A DNA stretch of 64,000 nt from Thermoflexales bacterium (GTDB lineage Bacteria; Chloroflexota; Anaerolineae; J036; Brachytrichaceae). This document shows, piece after piece, positions 49,301 through 59,608 of this stretch. A program made the translations under genes and the position numbers. The notes under the pieces are model-generated. The model made no database searches and had not been told where the DNA came from. It saw nothing but the letters and a program-made list of their open reading frames with translations. The stretch covers positions 10,606 through 74,605 of the forward strand of contig DAOUFG010000078.1 in the NCBI GenBank assembly GCA_034430115.1. The letters are read 5' to 3'. The first letter of the stretch is position 1, and each line of letters begins with the position of its first letter.

Positions 49301-49660
49301 TTAACGCTCCCGATAAACCTTATCTTCTACAGACGGAGCACGAATCATGAACGTCTCCACGGGTGGATGGACTTCGAGCACGGCGTGATATTGCCCCGCG
49401 GGGAAGCAACAAAATTCGCGTGGCCCAACGGTGAAGCGCTCACCCTCCACTTCCACAACCAATGAGCCGCTCAGCACGATGAAGCACTCGTCGCTGAGGG
49501 TGTGCAGGTGCGACACTTCACCACTGCCCACCCAATTTGTATCGGTGTTGTTGTACCAGATTTGGAGTTGTTGAGACTGAAAGCCGGTCTCGTCGCGTGG
49601 TGCGCGACCGGAGAGAAGCGTGGAATGATCGGGCAGCTTTTGAAGATGGAACTTCGTCAT
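49301..49660 (-). CDS. Cupin-domain protein
   Basis: Cupin beta-barrel motifs G(X)5HXH-like (GSGEVSHLHT) and GX5PXG-like (CCFPAGQYHAV). Confidence 0.55.
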   Translation of the reverse strand: MTKFHLQKLPDHSTLLSGRAPRDETGFQSQQLQIWYNNTDTNWVGSGEVSHLHTLSDECFIVLSGSLVVEVEGERFTVGPREFCCFPAGQYHAVLEVHPPVETFMIRAPSVEDKVYRER

Positions 49661-49722
49661 TAGCCTGATTGTATCGTCCAACTACACGAAGCAAAGTAGA
49701 GGTGTAAGGGGATGACCAAAGG

Positions 49723-50262
49723 TTGGCTCTCATTCATTACCAGTTCGAAGCCATCCATCCATTTCTGGATGGGAATGGACGCATTGGACGGCTACTCGTC
49801 TCCCTGCTCCTGGTGAACTGGAACTTATTGCCGTTGCCACTCCTTTACCTGAGCGCCTTCTTCGAACAGCATCGCCAGGATTATTACCATCTCCTGCTTG
49901 AGGTGAGCAAGCATGGTGCATGGCGCGAGTGGCTAACCTTCTTCTTGCAAGGTGTGAGCCAGCAAGCCCAGGACGCCATCGATCGGGCCAAGAAGCTGCA
50001 AGATTTGCAAATCGAATGGCGACAGATGGTTACACAAACGCGCGCCTCAGCCTCTTTGGTACATCTCACCGAGAGCTTATTCAAATCGCCAATTGTGACA
50101 ATTCCCATGGTGCAAAAGACACTCGGCGTTACATATCGCAGTGCTCAATTGGATGCCGAAAAGCTCATTCGGCTGGGGATTCTCCAACCAATAAGCAGTA
50201 GATCTCAAAGAGGCAAAGCATTCGTAGCTGCCAAGATACTCCACATAACGGGCGAGGGCTAA
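49723..50262 (+). pseudogene. N-terminally truncated Fic/Doc-family gene (only the Fic-motif-to-C-terminus portion)
   Basis: The Fic motif HPFLDGNGRIGR sits at residue 11 of a 179-aa ORF. In intact Fic proteins it lies about 180-200 residues in. Confidence 0.55.
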
Positions 50263-50397
50263 CAGGGCTTATTATACTTTTTAGCCCAAAAGTATAATGG
50301 GGGCGATTGGAATTGTACCTTTTTACTACTTCTCACTTTAGCCACAACAAGTAGCCCTTCCTTCTCTCCTCGCCAGATAAGCCCTAAAATCAGATCC

Positions 50398-51090
<693 letters not shown>

Positions 51091-51153
51091 CCCGTTGCTG
51101 ACACATGATTGACACGCGCTCACCGTAGAACTGATCAATACGAGGAAATGAAG

Positions 51154-51216
51154 AATGAAACGTGAAACGTAAAGAATGCGCTGCAGACTTCTCACGTTTC
51201 ATGTTTCACGTTTCAA
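51154..51216. repeat. TGAAACG-heptamer palindromic element, copy 5 (tgaaacgtgaaacg ... cacgtttcatgtttcacgtttca)
   Basis: Two heptamers on the left arm, three on the right arm, inverted. Sits between the response-regulator and kinase genes. Confidence 0.65.
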
Positions 51217-51225
51217 TTGCCCAGT

Positions 51226-52752
51226 ATGTTCAAGCGACTAACGACCCGCCTGGTGCTCAGCCAGCTATTCGTGATCGGCGCGGCGACGGCAATTTTGATC
51301 TTCGTCTTGCTATCGCTGGTGCAAAACTACTTCGTGCAAGCCACGCTGGATAGCCTGCTCATTCAGGCCCGCCTGAGCGCACAAATGGTGACGCCCGGCA
51401 GCGCTACCGCACTTAACAACATCCAGCAGTCGCAACTGCCGTCGGCGTCCAACAGCATCCAGAACAATGCCCAAAGCCCATCCGCGCTCCAGGTGCAGAA
51501 CGTCACGCCGACGCTCGATCTCTCGCAAAGCCTGCCGGCACTGAGCAATGGCTTGCGCCTGAGCCTGGACCTGGAAACGCGCGTGCGCATCGTCAATGCG
51601 AATGGGATGGTTGAGTCCGACAGCGCCGGCACCGACCTGGGGCACAACGTCGGCGACGTGCCCGCCGTAAAGGCAGCGCTGGCGAACCAGGAGTCCGCCT
51701 ACGCCGAAGGCACCGAAGCCCTTGCGGCGGTTCCCTTGCCGCGCGTGGGTCGCGTGGTCGGCGTGGCCTTCCTCAGCCAGCCGCTGCGCGACGTCAGCAA
51801 CGTCATGGCCGACCTGCGCGCACGACTGCTGATTTCGGCGGCGATTGCGCTCATCTTTGCGGCGCTGGTGGGAGTGTTCCTGGCGCGTGGCATCGCCCGC
51901 CCTGTGCGCCAACTGACCATCGCCGCCAACGAACTGGCGCAAGGCGAATTTGACTACCCGTTGGAGGCTTCCTCGCCCGATGAACTGGGCGACCTGGCGC
52001 GCGCCTTTCGCCGCATGCGTGACGACCTGCAACAGATGTTACAGGCGCGCACCGACCTGGTGGCGAACGTCAGCCACGAGTTGCGCACGCCGCTGACGGC
52101 CATCAAAGGGCTGGTGGAAACATTGCGCGCCGGCGCCGTGGAAGATACCGCCGTGCGCGACACGTTCCTGGCTTCCATCGAGCAACAGACCGACCGCCTG
52201 ACTCGTCTGGTGAACGACTTGCTGATCCTTTCGCGTGCCGACTCACAGGCGCTGGCCCTGCAAGTGCGCCCGGTGGACCTGACGGCCCTGGCACATGCGT
52301 GCGTGCAGCAACTGGCCCCCAGGGCTGCGGCCACCCAGGTGACGCTGAAGGTGGAAGGCCCGTCCCTCACGGCGACTATCGACCCCGACCGGATTCAGCA
52401 GGTGCTGGTCAACTTGCTGGACAATGCCATCCGCTTCTCGCCACCCGGCGAGACGGTGAACGTCCGCATTTCCCAGGCGACGGATGGCGTGCGCGTCGCA
52501 GTGAGCGATCAGGGGCCTGGGATGGACGAAGCGGAGCAAGCGCGCGTGTTCGAGCGCTTCTACCGGGGCGATAAATCCCGTGTGCGCAGGGATGATAGCG
52601 GTGCAGGGCTGGGGCTCTCCATTGCCGAGGCACTGGTGCGCGCACATGGCGGCGAGATTGGCATCCATAGCCGGCCCGGTCACGGCACCAGCGTGTGGTT
52701 CACGCTTCCGAAGGGAGGGATTGGAGATGAGAGATTAGAGGCTGGAGATTAG
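51226..52752 (+). CDS. Sensor histidine kinase (HAMP plus HisKA plus HATPase)
   Basis: H-box HELRTPLTAIKG, N-box DNAIRFSP, G-boxes DQGPGM and GAGLGLSI. Two N-terminal TM segments. Confidence 0.9.
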   Translation: MFKRLTTRLVLSQLFVIGAATAILIFVLLSLVQNYFVQATLDSLLIQARLSAQMVTPGSATALNNIQQSQLPSASNSIQNNAQSPSALQVQNVTPTLDLSQSLPALSNGLRLSLDLETRVRIVNANGMVESDSAGTDLGHNVGDVPAVKAALANQESAYAEGTEALAAVPLPRVGRVVGVAFLSQPLRDVSNVMADLRARLLISAAIALIFAALVGVFLARGIARPVRQLTIAANELAQGEFDYPLEASSPDELGDLARAFRRMRDDLQQMLQARTDLVANVSHELRTPLTAIKGLVETLRAGAVEDTAVRDTFLASIEQQTDRLTRLVNDLLILSRADSQALALQVRPVDLTALAHACVQQLAPRAAATQVTLKVEGPSLTATIDPDRIQQVLVNLLDNAIRFSPPGETVNVRISQATDGVRVAVSDQGPGMDEAEQARVFERFYRGDKSRVRRDDSGAGLGLSIAEALVRAHGGEIGIHSRPGHGTSVWFTLPKGGIGDERLEAGD

Positions 52753-52954
52753 GAGAACCACGGATGACACGGATTGCACGGATTAAATCTGAGTCATCCG
52801 TGGTTGATTCAATCCCACATCTCCAATTTCTTTTTTGTGTTCTTTGTTGCTTTGTTTCTTCGTGTAGAGATATTCTTTACGATTGCCTCACGCTTGCCAC
52901 AGCGCTGACACATCCCTCTTCTACACTGGGTTCAATTTCTCACTGGAGGCAAAC

Positions 52955-53746
52955 ATGAACAAAGATACCTTTACGCTCATCGGCGGGCTGGCGGCTTTCG
53001 GCGCTGCGCTCATCATCCTCACGCGGCCTGTTCCCGCCAACAGCGCCGTCCCGCAGCAAACCAGCCCGTCGCGCACCATCCAGACCAACGGCAGCGCCGT
53101 CGTGCGCGTTCAACCCGACAAGGTCTCCGTGCGGCTGGGCGTGGAAACCTTCGCGGCCACGGCGCGCGAATCACAGGTGAATAATGCGCGCCTGATCGAG
53201 GCGGTGATCAAAGCAGTACGCAACCGCGGCGTGCCGTCGCAGGATATCTCCACGGACTACTTCTCCGTCAACCCGGAGTACGACTACAACAACTCGGCGC
53301 GCAAAGTCACCGGCTATCGCGCCAACAACACAATCCTGGTCACTTTGCGCCAGGTGAACAAACTCAGCGAAGTGCTCACTGCCGCGTTGGATGCCGGTGC
53401 CACCACTGTGCAAGACGTCAGCTTCAACACCTCGCGCCTGCGTGAACTGCGCGATCAGGCACGCGCGTTGGCGGTTCAAGCCGCACTGGAAAAGGCGCAG
53501 TCAATCGCCGGCGCGGCGAAGGTCTCGGCCGGCGACGTACAGACGATCACCGACAACACGAACTGGTATTACACCGGCTGGAGTTGGAACAGCCGCATGA
53601 GTGCCGCCGCGAATCTCTCAAACATGACCCAGAACGTGGCGCAGGCCGCTTCCGGCGCAACGGAGCTTCCCCCGGAGGACGGCGAATTCAGCCTGGGCCA
53701 GATTGCCGTGCAGGCCCAGGTGGATGTGAGCGTGGCGATCAAATAA
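52955..53746 (+). CDS. SIMPL/DUF541-family periplasmic protein (YggE-like)
   Basis: Signal anchor, SIMPL pattern (VRVQPDKVSVRLGVET ... ITGYRANNTILVTL). SD ggagg upstream. Confidence 0.65.
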   Translation: MNKDTFTLIGGLAAFGAALIILTRPVPANSAVPQQTSPSRTIQTNGSAVVRVQPDKVSVRLGVETFAATARESQVNNARLIEAVIKAVRNRGVPSQDISTDYFSVNPEYDYNNSARKVTGYRANNTILVTLRQVNKLSEVLTAALDAGATTVQDVSFNTSRLRELRDQARALAVQAALEKAQSIAGAAKVSAGDVQTITDNTNWYYTGWSWNSRMSAAANLSNMTQNVAQAASGATELPPEDGEFSLGQIAVQAQVDVSVAIK

Positions 53747-53969
53747 GGCCGGGTTGTCATCCCGACGAGCATGTCGAGAGGGCATCTTGGCCCGGCATAT
53801 CGACGGCCAAGATGCCCCGCTTCGCTCGGTATGAGGCGTCAACAGCAAACCCCCAAAAAACCACATCGGCAATGGCTCCCCGCACGACAGTGATCCATCT
53901 GTTTTCCGCCGTCACATCTATACTGCTAAAGCAAGCACATCATGGGTACGCACTCCGAGGAGGAAGCAC

Positions 53970-54929
53970 ATGGATTATCCATCGATCAAAGGGTTTAACT
54001 ACCAACCCAGCTACGGCAGCAACGGGTTCGAGCTATGGCAGAAGTTTGACGCGGCCGTCATCGAGCGCGAACTGGGCGCGGGCAAGCGTTACTTCCCAGG
54101 CATGAACGCCATTCGCGTTTGGCTCGCGTGGGATTCTTTCAAGCGCGCCCCCGAGAAGTTCGCCGCCAATTTCGAGGCGCTATTAACCATCGCCGCGCAG
54201 CATGATCTGCTGGTCATGCCGGTGTTGTTCAATCGCTGGCATGATAAGGCGCTGGATTACGGTGGCATTTATGTCGATCATTTCCTGCCCCGCGTGAGTT
54301 GGGTCCAACAGGCCGATATGTTCAAGCCCTACCTGGAAATGATCGTGGGGCGGCACGCCACCGACGCGCGCATCTTTGCCTGGGACCTGTGCAACGAGCC
54401 GTTCTCCTACTCCTGCCCGGTCGAAGAAATCCGGGCGATTTACGACGCCGAGTTCGCCTGGCTCTGCGGGTTACAGCAAACCTGCAAACAGCTTGGCGCC
54501 GCCGCACCGATCACCGTCGGCATCCATCCCGGGCATGGACGGGCAGGGCTGGAACTCATCTCGCAAATCAGCGACATCCTCAGCATTCACCCCTACTGGA
54601 CCGCCGACAGCCCCATGCACGACAAGGCCGTCTACGAGCATCTGCTGGATGAATATGTGGACGTGGCCGCGCAAGCCAACAAGCCCTTGCTGGCCACCGA
54701 GACTTGCTGGGGCGCGCTGGACGACGCAAAGCGGGTGGAGATCATCCGCTACACGCTGGGCGAACTGAAGCAGCGCAAGATCGGCTGGCTGGCCTATCTA
54801 CTGCATCATAGCCTGATCGCCGATGCGCACCGGCCCGAGTTCGGCCCCGTCACGGAACCGGGCAACCTGGCCTTCATCGAAGCCGACGATACTTTGCGGC
54901 CTGGGCACGAGATTTTCAACGCATTTTGA
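53970..54929 (+). CDS. Clan GH-A (TIM-barrel) glycoside hydrolase, GH5/GH113-like
   Basis: IRVWLAWD and the catalytic acid/base motif WDLCNEPF (NEP). Confidence 0.5.
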   Translation: MDYPSIKGFNYQPSYGSNGFELWQKFDAAVIERELGAGKRYFPGMNAIRVWLAWDSFKRAPEKFAANFEALLTIAAQHDLLVMPVLFNRWHDKALDYGGIYVDHFLPRVSWVQQADMFKPYLEMIVGRHATDARIFAWDLCNEPFSYSCPVEEIRAIYDAEFAWLCGLQQTCKQLGAAAPITVGIHPGHGRAGLELISQISDILSIHPYWTADSPMHDKAVYEHLLDEYVDVAAQANKPLLATETCWGALDDAKRVEIIRYTLGELKQRKIGWLAYLLHHSLIADAHRPEFGPVTEPGNLAFIEADDTLRPGHEIFNAF

Positions 54930-54940
54930 GCCCGAACCGT

Positions 54941-55006
54941 AACCCTCCGGGTTCCCAGACCGAGCGAGCGATCCTCAATGCTCGCTCGGCAAGACCCCGG
55001 AGGGTT
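54941..55006 (+). other. 66-nt composite stem-loop (nested inverted repeats aaccctccggg/cccggagggtt and gagcgagcg/cgctcgctc) after the glycoside-hydrolase gene
   Basis: Direct reading. No downstream T-tract. Confidence 0.5.
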
Positions 55007-55196
55007 TGACGATGGCAACTTGCGCTCATCCTTGACCACGTTGATCGGGAATAGCCGGTAGATGAGCTACTTGTAGCATCAGCACATCGCCCTTATGTAA
55101 GACCACCTCACACCCCAGCCTGGGAGTGTCAGATAGTTGTCATATATTTGGGCTGGGGCATGCTAAACTCAATCTGTAAGGTAAAAGCGGTGTCAC

Positions 55197-55982
55197 ATGA
55201 TGCTCAATAATGCCTGGTCTTTCGTCATTGCCTGGTACAACCTCCCATTCACCATCTTGCTGGTGCTGGCATGTATCTTGGCTGCATTACAACTGGTGGG
55301 GTTGGGAGGAGAGGCTGACCAGGACACAGATATGGATAGCGATGCGGAGATCGACCTCCACGCAGACGTGGATGCCGACGCGGACCTGTCGGTCGATCAC
55401 GACTTGGATCTCGACCATGATGTGGATTTTGACCACGACGCTGACCTCGATCACGATGCCGACCTGGACCATGACGTAGATCACGATGCAGGCGTAGAAG
55501 GCGCGCCCAATGCGCTCACGCTGCTGGCATTCGTCGGCATGGGCAAAGCACCGCTCGCGGTGGTGTTGCTCATCCTCTTCGGCGCAATTGGGATTTTGGG
55601 TTGGCTACTCAATAGCCTGGCGCTTAGCCTGTTCGGGTCCTACCCAGGCATCGCACTTGCCGCCGTTGTGCCACTCAGCCTCGTCGCGGGCGGGCTGGTC
55701 AGTTCGCGCATCAGCCGGCTGATCGGGCGCGCGCTGCCGCCCGTCAGCACCACAGCCATGCGTGCTCAGGCCCTGGTGGGCCGGCGCGGCACGGTAATCA
55801 GCCCCTACGTGGACGCTAAATATGGGATGGTGCACCTGCGCGACCAGGGCGGTACGCTCATCAGCGTATTTGCGGTGAACCCCAGCGAACAAGTCATCAA
55901 GCGCGGTGGCGACGTGGTGCTGGTCTCTTATGATCCGCTCAAACGCCAATACACCATCGCGCCGCTGGATCATCCTCAATAA
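55197..55982 (+). CDS. NfeD-like (YuaF-type) membrane protein with C-terminal OB-fold, plus an inserted acidic His/Asp repeat
   Basis: TM helices, C-terminal LVGRRGTVISPY...GDVVLVSYDP OB-fold pattern. Directly upstream of the flotillin gene. Confidence 0.65.
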   Translation: MMLNNAWSFVIAWYNLPFTILLVLACILAALQLVGLGGEADQDTDMDSDAEIDLHADVDADADLSVDHDLDLDHDVDFDHDADLDHDADLDHDVDHDAGVEGAPNALTLLAFVGMGKAPLAVVLLILFGAIGILGWLLNSLALSLFGSYPGIALAAVVPLSLVAGGLVSSRISRLIGRALPPVSTTAMRAQALVGRRGTVISPYVDAKYGMVHLRDQGGTLISVFAVNPSEQVIKRGGDVVLVSYDPLKRQYTIAPLDHPQ

Positions 55983-56075
55983 CCAAGGGACTTCACCAAC
56001 CCGGCTAAACGCGACGTGGGTGTTGCGCTTGCTACGCAAGACGGGTGAAGTTCGTATCGTATAAAGGAGCAAAAC

Positions 56076-58178
56076 ATGCCAAACACGACTTCCTTTGACG
56101 TGGCACCCTTGATCACCCTCGCAGTGGTCATCGTCGTGGCCCTGATTGCGCTTGCGCTGATGCGTTCCATCATGCGCGCATATATCAAGACGCCCGCCAA
56201 CCGCGCCTTCGTGCGCACCGGCGGCCTGTTCCGCAAGCCCAACGACCCGCCGAAGGTGGTGATGAACGGCGGCGCGTGGGTATTCCGCACCATCCACGAG
56301 GTCACCTGGGTGGACCTGGGCACGATGGCGATCGAGATCGAGCGCACCGAGAATAACGCTCTGCTGACCATCGACCCGCAGTATGCAGACATCAAGGCGA
56401 TCTTCTACATCAAAGTGAACCCCACGGTGGAAGGGATCATCGACGCGGCACGCACCATCGGCGGGCGCCAGGTGGACGCCAACGCCGTGAAACAACTGGT
56501 GGATGCCAAGCTGGACGGCGCACTGCGCGACGTGGCCGCTTCGTTCACGTTGATGAGCCTGCACCAGGAACGCGAAAAGTTCATCCAGGAAGTGCAGAAC
56601 CGCCTGAAGACCGACCTGGAAGAGAACGGCTTGATGCTAGAGGCCGTGTCCATCCTCACCCTGCGCGCAGCGCGCCAGGGTTCCTTCGGCACCGACGACG
56701 TGTTCGGCGCACAGGTGGCACGCGCCAACGCGCAGGTGATCCAACAGGCGCAGCGCGAACGGAATGACATCGAGCGGCGCACAGAGATCGAAATAAAGCA
56801 ACGCGATACCGATACGGCCAAACAACGCCTGGACCTGGATCAGCAACTGGCGCTGGCCGCCGCCGCCCAGGAGCGCGAAGTGCGCACCATGCAGGCTGCC
56901 GAGAAAGCACAGGCCGACCAGAAGGTGTTCGAGGAATTGCAGAAATCGGAGATGGCGCGCGTGGCAAAGGAGCGCGCCGTGGCGCTGGCCGAGCTGGAAC
57001 GCGATCAGCAATTGGCGATCCAGAATGAACGGAAACAGCAGGAAGTGGCAAGCGCGGAAGTGACGCGCCGGCAAACGCTGGAATTGGCCGAACAGCAGCG
57101 CCAGATCAACGTGCTGGTGGAGCAGCAGAAGCGCACCGCCTCGGAGAAGGAATTGCTGGTCGTCGCGGCACAACGCATGGATGCCGAACAGGCCGTGAAG
57201 ACGGTGGAAGCCACCCAACAGGCGCAACGCGATGCCCGCATCAAGGTGATCGAAGCAGAACGTGAGGCGCAGGAAGCCATGATCGATCAGAAGAATAAGA
57301 TCGAACTGGAAGCGCTGCGCAAGCAACGCGAAGCCGAAGCGCAGGCCAAGGCGTTGAAAGAGACCGCCGCCGCACAGGCCGAAGCGGCATTGAAGCAGGC
57401 CGAAACGTTGCGCACCCAGGCCGAGGCGGAAATGGAAGCCGAGAAGATGCGCGCCGATGCAGCGCGCGCCTCCGCTTCGGCCACAGGTCTGGCTGAGGCG
57501 GAAGTGGCCAAGGCGAAGGCTGAAGCCGGATTGCGCGAAGCAGAAGCGGTGCGCGTGAAGGGCGTGGCCCAGGCCGAAGCGATCCGCGCCCAGGGGTTGG
57601 CCCAGGCCGAGAGCGATAAGGCGAAGGCTGAGGCGCTGGCCGCCTACGATGGCGTGGCACAGCGCGTGGAATTGATGAAGCTACAACTCGACGCTCAGGT
57701 GCGCATCGAAGTGGCTAAGTCGCAGGCGCTGGGCAGCGCGATGGCCGCGATGAACATCAAGCTGATCGGCGACCCGAACGCCGCTTCGTCACTGCTCAAG
57801 ATGGTGACGCTGGCCGATGGGTTGGGCGATGTGGTCAAAGCGACCCCGCAGCCCCTGCGTGAGATTGGGCAACAGTTGCTCAACAAGGCCACCGGCAACG
57901 CCGATGGCGATGCGCTCCTGAAGGCGAATGACGGGCACGGCGCAAGCCTGAGCGAACTGGCGCTGCTGGTGCCTCAGATTGTGAGCATCACCGAAAAGAC
58001 GCTCGACGTGAGCACGCTGAAGGGCCAGACGGTGGGCGAGGTGCTGGCTACGTTGGTGAAACAGGTCAAGGATGAAGACCGCCCGGCGGTGCAGAAGGCT
58101 CAGCAAGCTGCCGAGGCCCTGCCGATCATCAACAACCTGCCCTTTGAAGATTTCTATCTGCGCGCCACAACGAAGTAG
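56076..58178 (+). CDS. Flotillin-like SPFH/band-7 protein with a long Ala/Glu-rich coiled coil
   Basis: N-terminal TM segment, SPFH domain, then a roughly 300-aa EA-repeat coiled coil, as in FloT/YuaG. Confidence 0.8.
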   Translation: MPNTTSFDVAPLITLAVVIVVALIALALMRSIMRAYIKTPANRAFVRTGGLFRKPNDPPKVVMNGGAWVFRTIHEVTWVDLGTMAIEIERTENNALLTIDPQYADIKAIFYIKVNPTVEGIIDAARTIGGRQVDANAVKQLVDAKLDGALRDVAASFTLMSLHQEREKFIQEVQNRLKTDLEENGLMLEAVSILTLRAARQGSFGTDDVFGAQVARANAQVIQQAQRERNDIERRTEIEIKQRDTDTAKQRLDLDQQLALAAAAQEREVRTMQAAEKAQADQKVFEELQKSEMARVAKERAVALAELERDQQLAIQNERKQQEVASAEVTRRQTLELAEQQRQINVLVEQQKRTASEKELLVVAAQRMDAEQAVKTVEATQQAQRDARIKVIEAEREAQEAMIDQKNKIELEALRKQREAEAQAKALKETAAAQAEAALKQAETLRTQAEAEMEAEKMRADAARASASATGLAEAEVAKAKAEAGLREAEAVRVKGVAQAEAIRAQGLAQAESDKAKAEALAAYDGVAQRVELMKLQLDAQVRIEVAKSQALGSAMAAMNIKLIGDPNAASSLLKMVTLADGLGDVVKATPQPLREIGQQLLNKATGNADGDALLKANDGHGASLSELALLVPQIVSITEKTLDVSTLKGQTVGEVLATLVKQVKDEDRPAVQKAQQAAEALPIINNLPFEDFYLRATTK

Positions 58179-58338
58179 AACGCGGGAGTTGGGGATTGGA
58201 GACTAGAAATTGGAGATGGTCGGTGCCTGGAGACTGGGTTTCGAAGTGAAACCTGCATTCGGGCACTGTGTAGGGGAGCATCACTAGACTGATCAACATT
58301 GGGAACGTAATAATGCGGAAGACACGAGCGAGGTCATC

Positions 58339-58641
58339 TTGCCACATTACAGAATCCAATTTTCGATTGAAGCGCTCGAACACATACGCTTACTGACAGC
58401 AAGACAACGCACATCTATTCTGGATAAGATCGAAAAACAGTTGTCGCATGAGCCGAGAGTGGAGACAAGAAACCGGAAGCTCATGCGACAAAATACACTT
58501 GCCGTTTGGGAATTACGTGCCGGCGATTTACGTGTGTATTATGATGTTCAAGACAAACCGGAAATAGTCGTGATCGTCCGGGCAGTTGGCGTCAAAGACC
58601 ATGAAATAGTGCGTATTGCCGGGAAGGAGTTTAAGCTGTGA
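58339..58641 (+). CDS. RelE/ParE-family toxin-like protein
   Basis: IQFSIEALEHIRLL...KL..Q..LAVWELRAGDLRVYYDVQDKPEIVVIVRAVGVKDHE fits the RelE/ParE fold pattern. Confidence 0.5.
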   Translation: MPHYRIQFSIEALEHIRLLTARQRTSILDKIEKQLSHEPRVETRNRKLMRQNTLAVWELRAGDLRVYYDVQDKPEIVVIVRAVGVKDHEIVRIAGKEFKL

Positions 58642-58988
58642 GTGTAGTCAAAATCGAGAGAAATGAGGCAACAGCCAGCCTGGCCGACTATGTCGGTCAA
58701 GTAGGCGGTAGCCCGATTGTGATCACTGAAAGCGGGAAACCCGTCGCTGTGCTCCTATCCGCCAACGCCGCCGACCTTGAAACGCTGTCCTTAACCTCAA
58801 ATGCGGAGTTCTGGAAGATCATAGAGCGTTCACGCACGCGTGACGAGAACGAAGGCACCATCTCACTAGAGGACGTTCGCCTCATGTTTGCGCACGATGG
58901 GGCCACCACACGCGTTGCCGATGAAGATGCGGATTACCGGGTAGACAACACTCCCGAGCCTCCTGATGAAGCCGGATCAGAAGAATGA
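58638..58988 (+). CDS. Phd/YefM-family antitoxin-like protein (located downstream of the toxin)
   Basis: SPIVITESGKPVAVLLS is the hallmark Phd/YefM N-terminal motif. GTG start overlaps the upstream TGA (GTGA). SD gggaaggag. Confidence 0.55.
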   Translation: MSVVKIERNEATASLADYVGQVGGSPIVITESGKPVAVLLSANAADLETLSLTSNAEFWKIIERSRTRDENEGTISLEDVRLMFAHDGATTRVADEDADYRVDNTPEPPDEAGSEE

Positions 58989-59608
58989 ACTTGCTTAATC
59001 GTCTCTCACTCGCCCTGCGCGCGGCGGCCAGCGACCTCTTTAGCGAAGAAGCACCTGCCCCGCAAGACAAGGCCGCACAGCTCTTGAAAACGGCTCAGCA
59101 GCGCGTGGACAGGCTGAACGAGCAGCTTGCACAGGCCGTTGCGCGCGAGAAGCGCGCCGAACAGGACTGGCGCACCGCCCGCGCCGGGGTTGAGGCGTTG
59201 GAAGCCGAAGTGGATGCAGCGGTGCGCGCGCACCAGGATGAAACGGCCCGTCTGAAGCTGGCGCAGGTGAACCAGGCACAGAACAAGCTGCAACAACTCA
59301 GCGATAGCTGGAAAGCCTATGCCGCTTCCAGCGAGAAGCTGCGCATCGAGATGCAGGACCTGCACACCCAACTGGCAGCGGCGCAACAGCGCTTACAACA
59401 GTTGGGCGAGCGCGAGGGCAATGCCGGCGGCATGGAAACACTGCAACAGGCGCGCCGCGAACAGCGCAACGAAGCGGCCCAGGTACACCAGGAACTTGCG
59501 GCACGCGAAGAGCAAACCGCCCGCCGCGAAGATCACATCGCCGCGCGCGAAGAGCTGGATCAAACGCGCATCGCCGATTTGCTCAAAAAACACGACAAGG
59601 AATCGTGA
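58985..59608 (+). CDS. PspA/IM30/Vipp1-like coiled-coil protein
   Basis: N-terminal amphipathic MNLLNRLSLALRAAASDLFSEE...P resembles the PspA start. The remainder is heptad-repeat coiled coil. ATGA overlap with the upstream gene. Confidence 0.45.
   Translation: MNLLNRLSLALRAAASDLFSEEAPAPQDKAAQLLKTAQQRVDRLNEQLAQAVAREKRAEQDWRTARAGVEALEAEVDAAVRAHQDETARLKLAQVNQAQNKLQQLSDSWKAYAASSEKLRIEMQDLHTQLAAAQQRLQQLGEREGNAGGMETLQQARREQRNEAAQVHQELAAREEQTARREDHIAAREELDQTRIADLLKKHDKES

Noticed and set aside
50263-50330. Palindrome cttattatacttttagcccaaaagtataatgg upstream of the response regulator as a defined operator
   Set aside because: It is a single 9-bp inverted repeat without further support; noted as a possible terminator or operator but not strong enough to annotate.
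55287-55484. Possible CRISPR-like regularity in the nfeD repeat region
   Set aside because: The 18-bp periodicity is a coding tandem repeat in frame with the NfeD ORF (DHD/DLD codons), with no spacers and no cas genes. It is not a CRISPR array.
56405-57660. Multiple overlapping ORFs on both strands within the flotillin coiled-coil region
   Set aside because: The GC-rich Ala/Glu codon repeats (gcc/gag) leave all frames open. Only the plus-strand frame gives an SPFH domain followed by a heptad-repeat coiled coil.
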